DNA of 64,000 nt, taken from contig JAPEUG010000048.1 in the NCBI GenBank assembly GCA_026025795.1, positions 1 through 64,000 on the forward strand, read 5' to 3'. A model generated the notes under the pieces. The model was not told the DNA's origin and ran no database searches. It saw only the letters and a list, made by a program, of their open reading frames with translations. Source of the stretch: Thelocarpon superellum. Lineage: Eukaryota. The stretch's first letter is position 1, and every line of letters starts with the position of its first letter. Positions 23,815 through 35,300 of the stretch are shown here, piece by piece. The translations under genes and the position numbers were made by a program.

Positions 23815-24296
23815 GTCTGCATTTGCCTTTTTGTCTTTCTGGCCTTTCTTGCCTATTGGTGGTCGTTGCTGATTTGGCTCTTACGCACGGTTCTGCGTGG
23901 CGCCGTGCGTGATCACAAGGGTTGGAGAATGTCATGGGCATGGGCATGGGCGCTATGGCGGTTTGGTCACTGGTGTTACTGGAACGATTTCGGTTGACGC
24001 ATGTGCTCAGCTAAAGACTGAGCAGGGTGATGGAGCATGGCGCCGAGCGTTGCGCCGAGCGTTGCGCCGGAGCATGGAGCCAGGCGCACGGTCACGGCAG
24101 ATAGACATCCTCCTGGTACCTGGTACGCCGAGCGAGGACTACAGAATAATACATGTTCAGACCCGGCGACGGGAGGAATAGGAGCAAGCATCAATACCCA
24201 AGCGTCGACACGCTAGCTCTCAGATACAGTACAGATGCAGATGCAGACACAGACACAGGTGGAGATGCAACAGCGAGGAAGAGAGATGACTGCTGA

Positions 24297-26098
24297 TCAC
24301 GACCTCTCTTCCGTATCCGTCGTAGTAGTCGTAGAAGCAGCTCTTTCTCTCTCGGCGGCACCCCCGGCACCAGGACTAGGACCAGGACCAGGACCCGGAG
24401 CCGGACCACCACCCTCCCTCCTCATCCTAGCCCCTTCTTTCAACTTCTCCCATTTGGAGCGATAGCGCTGGATGACTTCCTTGAGCTTGGCGATTTCGCG
24501 CGCCGAGGCACGGAGTTGGTCTTGTAGCGTTTTGAGCTCGATTTCTCTCTCCCTCTCCTCCGTCGTCCTCCGGTCCTTTTCTGCTCCCGCTGCCACTTGT
24601 GTCTCGGGCGTTGTTGACTCGGTGGTGGCGGTGGTGGCGGTGGTCCCAGTAGTGATAGTGGTAGGGGTAGGGGAAGTGGAAGTAAGGGGTAGGTTGGCCT
24701 TGGACGTATCGGGTGATGCGCTGGGCTGCGCCACGGCGGCAGCGGCGCGTAGGCTTTGACGAAGCGCCATGGATGACGACTGGGCATTCACTTCCCACAT
24801 GTGCAGACGGCGACTGAGCGTGTCAGAGAGCTGCTTGAGCGCTTGGTTCTCCAGGTGCAGCTCTTCCATTGTCTTGGTCCCGATGATTGGGCCCGGGGGA
24901 ACAAAATGGCCCCCTGCTGATGATCGCTGGTGGCGCGACACTTCCGGGGATGGTGGCTGTGGCATTTCGCGTGCGTCGACGAATTCCTCGTCCCCGTCGA
25001 AGGACGGCTCGTTGGGTAGTGATGCCGTGCGCCGTTCTTGCTCCGCGCGTGACAGGATCCCGGCGTAGGAAATCGTGCCGCCCGTGCTGGGCACGACGTA
25101 GAAGCTGTCGGTGCCGGCACCGCCGGGTGTGTTTCCATCGCGCGCGGCGCGCAAGGCTGCTTTGGAGAACATGTGCGATAAGTCCAGCTCCGCGTTGCTT
25201 GTCTCGCGCCCGTCGCGGACTTTGGCGCCGCGAGGGACTGCTTCGTCGCCTCCAAGAGGGAGGCCGGCAAACGCTAGCGGAGCGGAGATCTTGGAGAGGA
25301 GGCTTTCAAATGTCGAGTAGAATCGTTGAAAGGGCTCGTCGCCAGGCTGGATCGCTGGTTGCAGCGTTCCCTCGCCCGCAGCGGAGTCGTCTCGGGCTGT
25401 CGGTACAGGAGATGTCCTCGTCTCGGTACCATCCGCGGTCCATCCTGATCCTTCCTTCCCGCTTGCGTGACTGTGCCTCTGGTTCATCCGGGGCGCGGCC
25501 TGCGTCTTGCTGGGCGCTGTGCCGGCCATCTTCCCTCCGGCATGTTGCGCCGAAATGGTCGGGGATACTGGCGCGGCTCGTCGCCGCTGGCTAGAGGGAA
25601 TACCTCGTGCTGATGCTAGATTGCTGGCGATCGACGAGGTCAGGTCGCGCGGTAGGGTGCGATGAGGGAGAGGAAGACTGGGCGGCTGCGATGTCCGGTG
25701 CGGCGCCGAGTGCTGGTCGGTCATCTCTGTCGTCGTCACAGCCGGGACGGCGGCCTCGGGAAATTTTGCTGCCTTCTCATCCTCGTTGGCCACGGGCGCA
25801 CTCTCGGCGGGCTTGGCTTGGACAGGGTGAGAGGACCGAAACTTGAGAATCTCCGAGAGCTTCAGATGGTGTTGCTCCAAGAGCCGGAGTGTGCGAAGAG
25901 CCTGGCTTCAGTCAGCGGACGATCGATCTGTCGTGGCACCGTACGCACCTCAGCATCTCCAGTCGTCTCGGCCGCCTGGGCGAACTCCCCGGCGGCCAGC
26001 GCATGTTCTTCCACCGCTGCCGTGACGTTGGCCGCGCCACTTTGCGAGAAGGCTGCCCGCGCATGGGCATGGGCGCTGGTCAAGGGAGCAGGCTCCAT
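24297..26098 (-). CDS. MIT-domain and coiled-coil protein, probable Atg38/NRBF2 homolog; exons 26098..25949 and 25901..24297
   Basis: The spliced N-terminus (PLTSAHAHARAA...AAVEEHALAAGEFAQAAETTGDAEALRTLRLLEQHH) resembles the NRBF2 MIT domain. The C-terminus has coiled coils (LHLENQALK; EIAKLKEVIQRYRSKWEKLKEGAR). The intron is 47 nt and canonical. Confidence 0.7.
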
Positions 26099-26530
26099 GA
26101 CGGCGGCTCGCTCGGGAATAGACGGCGCACCCTCTCTATATCATTGTCGAGGTGAAAGGAGTGGTCTCTGCCTGGCGTCCGTGGAGGGTGACAGCCCTAG
26201 CGAAGGGCGTCGCGTGACAGGAATGTCTGACAGCGATGACGGCAATGGACCACGCCAGGGCAAGGAAGCCTGGGTGAGACAGCCACAAGCCAGCTCGCGT
26301 GAGAGGTCGCAGGCAAATACTTCAATGAGGTACATGCAGGTAAGAACCCAAGGGTTGCTATGGTACTATGGCCCTTGCTTGGTGCAGACCTGCATCAGAC
26401 TGCGATGGGCGGATGGGTGCGGTACATCGGTGGGCGCTCTCAGCTAGGTTGGTGGATAAGGTCCCGGTACCGGATTTCCCACCGGATCATGTTTGGTTCA
26501 TAGTTTCACTTTAGCCAATAGGAGGCTAAA

Positions 26531-26612
26531 GGTTGCATGGTCTAGAGGTTAGGACTGCTGATTTTGATGTGAACAATTTCAGCCAGCCCCGGTTCGATCC
26601 CGGGTGCGACCT
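26531..26612 (+). tRNA. tRNA-Gln(UUG) with a 10-nt intron (26568-26577)
   Basis: Acceptor stem GGTTGCA/TGCGACC, A-box TGGTCTAGAGG, anticodon stem GCTGA/TCAGC, TTG anticodon at 26564-26566, intron after position 37, and T-arm CCCGG-TTCGATC-CCGGG. Confidence 0.93.
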
Positions 26613-26619
26613 CGAATGG

Positions 26620-26624
26620 TTTTT
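26620..26624 (+). terminator. RNA Pol III oligo-T terminator of the tRNA-Gln gene
   Basis: T5 run starting 8 nt downstream of the tRNA 3' end. Confidence 0.7.
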
Positions 26625-27083
26625 GCATGTCGTCACCATATGCTATTACTCTGAACTCCATTGACACAGGATGTCTTATGGGAAACCGTGGTGTGTTTGC
26701 TATCGGAAGCAGCGTAACTGTAGATTCGAGAGCTTCGGGTGTTTGATGGTGGACCCGGACACACCCATAAGGTTTGCAGTGCTCCTTCCAGGCACCTCAC
26801 AACGGCGTGGTCTATTGCATCCTTCAGTGAGATCTCCGGCTCGCATTACCCAAACAGGAGGTCGCCAGACACCACGGCAGCTCCACCTCCGTCCCGCTCC
26901 ATCTCCTGCGTAGCTTCATCAGCGGCAGGCGTATCTTTTATTTGGGCGAACCGTACAAAAACATCGCCACCACCATCAATGGCCCTCTCGCTGTGACTCT
27001 GGCCGTTTATGGTCCTCGGTACTTGCTTTACCTCGCAGCACCTCCCAGCGGTGAGATAGTCGTCGCCCGACGTCGCCGTCGTC

Positions 27084-30000
27084 ATGTCCACGGTCGTCGC
27101 AAACGGAGACGCAGGCGATATCTCACCCTCGCCTTCCCGCCGCCTCTTCCCCAAGACCCTGCGATCCAGTAAAGTGCCTCCATCGGCCAAGTCCTCATCG
27201 TCACGAGCGCCCTCGGTCAATGAGGATGCGAGCAGTGGCAGTCCCAGCGTCTTCCGCTCCTCCACCGACTCGGTCGCGGGCAAACCCACCAGCCGCAGCA
27301 CGGAGAATATCCCGAGCAATCCGCCGAGCGAGTCCAAAGGCCTCAAGTCACTACTAGCCAAGGCCAAGGTCAAGCGGCGAAAAAAACAGGCCGGACCAGA
27401 TGAAGATGACGAACCCGCCACCGACGAAGTCCCGCGGGGAAGAAGCGTCGGCGATCGAGCCGGCCCAAACCAGGGTGCCAAAACGACCAGCCGCAGCCTC
27501 AGCCGCGGGTCCCGAGGCACACGCAAGAGCGAGGCCAGTCGCATCACGTATGGCTCCAGCGAAGATTCGTAAGTGATCTCTGATTGTCTTCCTCTCCGTC
27601 CCCTTCCGTGCTCTGCCCGTTCGGTCCGCTCTGCTTGCGGCCCGTCGCCGGCTTCCCCTATGGTGCGCCGTAGCGAGAACGACCTCATCCGTATGCGTCT
27701 TACCCAGTCACGCTCCATCCCTCCTATCCTCTTCACGGCGACTGGCGCAAGGACCCCCGTCAATCGCCGGCTCCGAGGGCGTGTGGGTGGAGTCTGGAGC
27801 CGAGCGATAGCTTCCATGTGCTTTGTGACGTGGATGGGCGCATCAATGGCGATGAATCTTCCGCTGACCTGCATCCTTGTGGCAGCCTGGTCTCCGCTCC
27901 GCCAATGATCTCCCACCCGTCGCACGCCGGGTACCTCACCCACTCCTCTCCCTTGATCCAGAAAGCGTCCTCCCAGAATCCATCTTCCGCGGATGTCCCA
28001 GTGGAGGGGCCCGGTCGCACCAACTCGCTGCCGACCCAGGAGCTGGCCGCAGCTAGCGCCGAGAACATACCGACGCCAGCCCAGCGTAACAAGCACGCCG
28101 CCACCCTCCAGACCCCTCCATCGACGGTGCGACTAGATTCGACCGCGTCCGCGCCCACACTTACTCCCTCGAGCTCGGACCGCAAGCCCTCTGTGGCTGT
28201 CCCTAGCGCGGCCAGCTTGAAGGGCCTCTTTGGCAAGAAGGCAGACGACGCTTCGTCGGGCGGCAAAGGAGAGACGTTGCGTACGCGCCGCACCTCCAAG
28301 GTGAGCGATTCTGGATCGCCCAGCCCCCAGCCGAAGCCCATCCAGACCAACGTCACCGTCCGTCCGACTACACCCTCAAACGGCCCGACCACGCCCCTAA
28401 CCACCGTCACGCCCCCCACCCCGACTGGCCACGCCCCCACATCCGGTCTGCCAGCCGCCGACGGGTCGACGGTGTCCAATCCCAATATCGTCGTTTCGGC
28501 CTCGGGGCAGATGATCTCGCATCGACGAGCGAGATCCAACTCGTCCGGCAACGCGCCGAGCAAGCTGTCCACCGCCATCTCTGCGCCGCTGACCCCGACC
28601 ATCGAAGAAGTCAAATCCGCCGGGACAACGCCCGGCTCCTCCGACCGTCCCGTCAGTCAAAGCGGCTTCTTTTCCACCGTCTTCTCGGCCGCCCAGAGCG
28701 CGGCCACGACTCTGGGCAACACCATCACCAACAATCCGCTGGCGACCAGCGCGCGGGACCGGAACAGCACGAGTTCGAACGAGAAGGATCCGGCCGATCA
28801 CGAGGTCGCTGAGACGGTGACCTCGGCCTTTGGCGCTGCCGACCTGGCCCACGCTCCGCCCGTGGTGGCCGAAGCCAAAGAAGCGCAGCGACCCTTGGCC
28901 ATTGACACGTTGGGGTCCGGGGAGCTGAACTTCGGCCACCTCGGCATCTCCACAGAGGCATCACCGCTAGGCCCCAGCCCCACCATGGCCACCCCGCCCG
29001 CCGCGCCGCCCTCCACTTCGGTGGAGAGCTTCCCAACCTCAAGCAACCGGACGGATGTGGAGCGGAGCAACATGATGTCGCAGAAGGATAACGGCAGCAT
29101 TCATACCGTGGGCTCTGGCGGGTATCCGGCGGACGAGACGACCAAAGTCACGACTCCGTCGGGCCGACCTGTGCCCATGGCGAATCCCTCAATCCGGGCC
29201 TCGAGCAGCACCGTGTCCAAGTCCTTGGCCGAGGAGCCCATTTCGGCCATCTCGTCGCGCGCCACCTATGAGCCAAGCATCAACGGCGACCGCACGCCGC
29301 CGACGACGCGGGACTGGGATCGCGAAAGCGGATTCCGTCGGAGCGGGAGCGTTCGAAGTCGGACCGATCTCTCGATGCGACGGCAACGTGGCGGGTCGGG
29401 CGCGACGGGGACGACCATCGCGGCCGCCATCGGATCATCGCATGCCGCCCTTGCCGCCCCTGCGGCCGCACCAGCCAATGGCAGCGTACCCCGGTTGACT
29501 GGCTTCGCCGTTGCTAGCAAGAAGCGAAACCGCGACTTCCACCATACGTTCCGCAGTGTGCCGGAGGACGACTACCTCATCGAGGATTACAGTGCCGCGC
29601 TCCAAAAAGACATCCTCCTCCATGGCCGCTTCTACGTGTCCGAGGGGCACCTCTGCTTCAACAGCAACATCTTCGGATACGTTACTACCCTGATCATCAG
29701 CTTCGACGAGGTCGTGTCGATTGAGAAGAAGAACACGGCCATGTTCATCCCGAATGGGCTCATCATCCAGACGCTGCACGCCAAAAACGTGTTTGCCAGC
29801 TTCACTAGCCGGGACTCGACGTACGACCTGCTGATTGGCATCTGGAAGATCAGCCATCCGAATCTCCGCAGCTCGCTGAACGGCGTCGAATTGGACGAGG
29901 CCGGTGGCGGCGACAAGACGGTCAAGCAGGATGGGGCCGACAGCGAGGAGGAGAGCGAGGAGGAATACGGCGAGGATGAGGAGGTGTACGACGAGGACGA

Positions 30001-31567
30001 GGAAGAAGAAGGCGGCTTCGGGAGCTTTACCGAGGCCGGCGAGGGCAGTGTGGCGGGCAGCGAGATGGCCGAGAGCGCCGTCAAACCCGTACCTCGAAAA
30101 GCCTCATCTGGCCCTAACGGTCCCAACGGCACGACCGCCGCCACGGCAGGTGCGGGAGAAGCAAAGGGTACAGCCACGGACGCGGGCAGCGGCGCCCTGG
30201 GCCAGGACTTCCCGGGCCCGGCGACGCATGGACCGACGGAATGTGGCGATCAAGACAGTCACTACGACAAGATCATCAAAGATGAGGTGGTGGCGGCGCC
30301 TTTGGGTAAGGTCTACTCCTTGATCTTCGGACCGGGCTCGGGCGCATTCATGAGCAGGTGGCTCTCGGAAGACCAGAAGGTGACGGAGTTACAATTCGAG
30401 GACGACAAGAGGGGCATCAGCGACGAGAAGAAGTCGCGATCATACTCGTACATTAAGCCGCTCAGCGGGTCCATCGGGCCGAAGCAGACCAAGTGCATGA
30501 TTACCGAGAGCATCGACGCATTTGACCTGGACAGGGCAGTGTCGGTGACTGTGACGACGTTGACGCCCGACGTACCGAGCGGCAACGCATTTAGCACCAA
30601 GACGAAATATTGCCTGATGTGGGCCGAAGGTAACGCCACACGGCTGCTGATGAACTGCACCATCGAATGGACCGCCAAGAGCTGGCTGAAAGGTGAGCGG
30701 GAGAAGCAGTGCGCCGTCAAAGCAGCACCGGTGCTAACACGCACAGGCCCTATCGAAAAAGGAGCCAACGATGGACAAGAGAAATACGCCAACGATATCA
30801 TGGCGGCGATCCGAGCGACCATCTCATCCAAGGCGCGCGGCGTGGCGACCAGCGCGCCTGGCAAGGGTGGCAAGATGCGACGACGGAAGAAATCCTCATC
30901 GGAAGCGACGGCCGAGAGCACGGGCCGGGCGCGGGGCGGCGAGAACGTCAAGGGTCCGATATCAATCAGCAAGAAGGAAGGATGGGGGTTATTCGAGCCC
31001 ATCCGCGGACCCGTCGAGCCCATCGTGGACATTCTCAAGCCCATGATAACCAGCAACGTGGTCATTGGCTTCCTCGTCCTGCTGCTGCTGACGAACTACC
31101 TCCGGTCCTCGCCCGCCCCACCATCCGCCCTCCCCCACGCCTCCTCTCCCCACTCCTCTGGCCTGCGCACGCCCGAACGGCTTGCGGCATACGAGGAGAT
31201 ATGGCGACACGAGGAGAGCGAGCTCTGGGAATGGCTCGACGAGCGCATCGCCATGGCGGGGGCGGAGTCCAGCGCGCCAGCAACGGCGCACTCGGTCCTA
31301 GACAAGCTCAAACTCTCGAGACTCACGGGTCGCGGCAAGGCAGAGCCAAGGGGGAAGAAACTCGACATGAAGGATTATGCGGATAAGCTCGGCATTGAGT
31401 CCAAGATGTCCAAGCGCCAGATCGACGAGGCTATTCGCGTGACGCAGGAGCGGCTCGATGCGCTCAGGGAAGTGGTGGAGAAGGGCAAGGTCAAAGCGGG
31501 TGCTGGTGCTGGTGCTGGTGCTGGTGCTGAGGCTGAGGCTGAGGCTAAGGGGAAGGGCTCCGCGTGA
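27084..31567 (+). CDS. Lam/Ysp2-family GRAM + VASt (StART-like) membrane-anchored sterol transfer protein
   Basis: GRAM domain (KKRNRDFH...YLIEDYSAALQKDILLHGRFYVSE...FASFTSRDSTYDLLIGIW), VASt domain (GPKQTKC; TPDVPSGNAF; WTAKSWLK/GPIEKGA), a TM helix and a C-terminal coiled coil. Exon 1 is 27084-27568, the main exon starts at 27886, and an intron lies at 30693-30746. Confidence 0.9.
31499..31546. repeat. (GGTGCT)n(GAGGCT)n coding microsatellite
   Basis: Seen directly; encodes GAGAGA-EAEAEA at the Lam C-terminus. Confidence 0.85.
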
Positions 31568-32311
31568 GCGCTCGTTGCTCTCCTCCTTGGATGAGATGGG
31601 AGACGAGACGGACGAGACGGACGAGACAAACGAGACGGGAAGAGACGAGACGAGGAGTGAAGGGATGAAAGCAGTGATGATGAGGAGAGGGCGCGAAGGG
31701 AGGACGGAACGGGTTTTCTTCTTTTTCCCTCCGATGGAGCAAGCGAGCGAGCGAGCCTTCGTGTATACGTGTACGACTGACCCAGTGGTACCAGTTTGAG
31801 TATTGGCATTCTGTACTCAGAGGGTGCGATTGCGAATCGGAGTCAACGGTCCACAATCCATACCCAACGTACCTACATACATGCTTACAAACCAACCAAT
31901 AAACCGGTAAGCTTCTGCCATCCTGATCATACACTCATAGTGTCGAGATGGAGATGGAGACGATGGCGGTGTTAGTGTTGGTGCTGGTCATCAGATGATA
32001 AATTGCCCAAGTGACTTTCCTCGCCGGTCCATGTCCAAGCCATGCTTACTCCCGCTCTTTCCTTCTTCGGTTCTCCCCCTCGTCAGATTACGCAATCCGT
32101 TATTAGACCCGTCCGTCAACCGCCCATCAGCGGATTCCGTCCACCCTTCACCAGAGGACCCCTTCCATACGCCTGCCCACTTACATGTCCATATCGAGAT
32201 GCATAAGAAAACACAAGACAAGCTAGAAGAGAAGAGGGGTGAAGGGAGGGAATGAAATGAACAGAGACGGTGGTGTGTCGGCCGTGGTGGCGTTCCATTG
32301 TTTTGCCCTCC

Positions 32312-35300
32312 CTACATGTTCGCCAGCTCCGTGTCAATCTGTCGGTCGAGGAAGGCTCGACGTTCGCCTGCCAATTCAATCTGTAGTCGCTGCTCCACAA
32401 GCGCGCGGACTATATCATCACAGTGTCAGTCGCCAGTCCGCGATGAATATCAGCGAGCAGTCTCGTGACTCACCCTGCTTCTTCGTCACGTGGTCCAGAT
32501 CAACCTCTCTCAGACAACTTTGGATAGCGTCGATGATCGACGCGTCGTCCGGCCCCATACCTGCCGCGCGTTGTGCCAGGTCCATGGTGCTGGTTGGCCG
32601 GCTGAGGAAGCCCCCACCGACGCCTGGGAGCGTGGTGCGAGACTCCATCGCCAGTGGCGGCGATTGCATCGAGATCAGATTCTCCATGCCCATCGAGCCA
32701 TGTCGCGTCGGCATCCCGCCCGTCTGGTCCGGAGAGCCGTCGCCGCGGAATCCACCTAGCGTCAAGGGCATCGTCGGCAGCTGCGTCGGAGGAGGCGATT
32801 GGTCCATGTACCGTCCGAACTGCGACACCGTCGACTGGCGCTGCGATGCACCAAACGGCCCGGGCGACTGCGGCGGCATGTACGAGCCCCGTTGCCCCGG
32901 GAAGCCCGTCAACACGGTCGATGCCGGCTTCACTGACGAGTACATGGAGTGCATATCGTCCATCTCGTACCCATTGTGATCCTCGTAGCTGCCCGGGTAC
33001 GCCTTCTCGCCCACGATACCCCGACGGCCCGGCAGATTGTTTCGTGCGGCGTAGTCATCCCATCGTTGCAGCGGGATGCTGCGCGGGTCGAAGCCATCGT
33101 CTTCCAGCGCCACCACCTGCTTGGAGCCCTTCTCGCCAATCACGATGCGTGTGCTACCCCACGAGAAGTTGTCTTGGTTCCAGAAGGAATATACCGGCAA
33201 GACGAAGGCGTAGATGGGAAAGGCGATGATGTAGATGATCATCCACCCAATGTGCTGCCACTGCCGTTTGAGGATGAAGATGACCGCCTGCAGCCCATAT
33301 ACCGCTGCGATCATGACGATCGAGATGAGCGGAAACTGGCCTTGGTGCGTCGCCACCTTCCAGATGAGGTATCCGAGGTACGCACACGTGGCCGGGAGGA
33401 TGATGGTGCCGAAGAGGTCGATGAAGACGACGAAGCGCATGCTGAAGCAGCAGAAGCCACAGAGTTCCGGAAGGAAGACCAGCTCTGCCAAGTTGTGGAT
33501 GGTCGAGTTGATCCATCGGCGTCGCTGCGAGATCAAGACGCTCCACGTCTCCGGTGCCGCAGTGCTGGCAAACGCATCTGGCACAAACTTGTACGACATG
33601 TAGGGGAAATGCTTCGTCATGAGCGTCGTCAGGTATCGATCTTCACCCAGCGACAGAAGATTCTTCTTGTGCAGCGTATCCACATCGCCGACGTCGTATT
33701 CGCGCAGGATCTTATCCGAGATGATGAGCGGACGCCCCTTGTCCGCCGTGCGCAGACGATACATGGAGAAACTAGGACGGTCAGCGTCAGCCTGTGCCTA
33801 CCACCATCGCCAGCCAGGGCACCTACCATCCCGGCAGACACGTCACGCTCCCAAACAAGCTCTCAAAGGCCTTGGCCAGGTGATGGGAGATGTAGTATTC
33901 ATACACCTGGATCATCGTCCACCACGAATACTCCTCGTTCTGCAAGCTGGTCTCGCCGCAAATGCCCGCGATCTTGGCATCGTTGGCGCACGCCGCCACC
34001 AGGCGATTGAGCGAGTCCTCCTTGACGCTAGTGTCGGCGTCAACCATCAAGAGGTACTCGTAGAGCTCGGGATCGACGCCGATGATGTTGTTGATCTGGT
34101 GGAACATCTCCAACTCCAAGGGAGACATGGGCGATCGATGGTGAACCCGGTTGAGGAAGTTGAGCAGCATGATCTGCGAGTCCCGCTTGCCCCGGTTCCC
34201 TGGCTTGGCCTTGGATTGCTCCGATTCCTTGCCCACCTTCACCACCACCACGTACGGGACCACGCTGCCCTCGTACTCGTACAGGCCGGAGTAGACCTTG
34301 CCGTAGTTCAGCTGTTCGTTGCTCTGGCCCACGCTCTTGAAAGGGAGGGCGGGCGGATCGATCTTGGGATCGACGCCGAGGATGTCGAGTACGATCTTGG
34401 GCGTGGGCCGATCATTGCCACCGCCGACGATCATGCCGTCGCAGATGACGCAGATGAGCTTCCGCTTGTTGTCGTATTGCAAGGCCGTCAGCGAATCCAG
34501 GGCCTTGCGAAGCTGGTCTTCGCCCTCGGTGTAGGCCGGCACCTGGCAGATGACGAACTTGTCCTGCGGTACGGGCCGCGGCTTCGACCCAAACTGCAGC
34601 GCAGACAGGAACTTGGCCAGGATGACGGTGCACAAGATGATGGTGAAGGCGAGCAGGATGTAGTTGTTGACCTGGCACCGCGCGCTGTTGCGGAAGTCGG
34701 GCTTGCCCACGTAGAAGGCGTTGTTGAGGCAGTTGAGAGCATTGGTCCGGTTATTATCCGCCGGTAACGCGGCCCACTCGGACGAGATGTCCTGGCCGGG
34801 GTTGTTCTGGATCAACTTCTCCACATTGGCGGGCAGAAAGTGGTAGGCCTGCAGGTTGTTCTCCACCGTCACGGTGTGGAAGTAGTCCGTGAGATCGTAG
34901 ATCTTGCCGTTCAGAATGACCCATTGATGCTGGTTCGTCTGGCCGTCGCTGAGCACGAAGCTTTGGTCGGTCACAAGGTCGCCCTTGTAGTATTCGGCCA
35001 TGCGCGGGAGGAACTTGGTCTGGTACCAATTGATGTCGTGCAGCACCGTGTTCGGATCCGATTGAAACACCGGTCCGGACACATGCAGGCCGAGCGGATT
35101 CTGCACGCTCTGATTGGGCTGGAGCGCGATGCTCTGGTCCGACACCAGGCCCGGGCAGCTGATGGTCAGCGGCGGCACGATGTATTCGTCCATGTTGAGC
35201 CCGGCGAAGGGCTGCATGTTTTCGCTGTTCGTCTGGATGGGCATGTCGCTGTGCTGGAGGCGCCAGAAGGACGAGAGATCAAACACTTGACCGTGGAAGC

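Noticed and set aside
24039..24070. 12-bp repeat GCGCCGAGCGTT (about 2.5 copies), and GAGAC repeats at about 31600-31655
   Set aside because: Simple 3'-intergenic slippage repeats with no unique spacers; not CRISPR-like.
26846..28614. 416-aa and 284-aa minus-strand ORFs
   Set aside because: They overlap the Lam/Ysp2 exons in antisense and have no recognisable domain.
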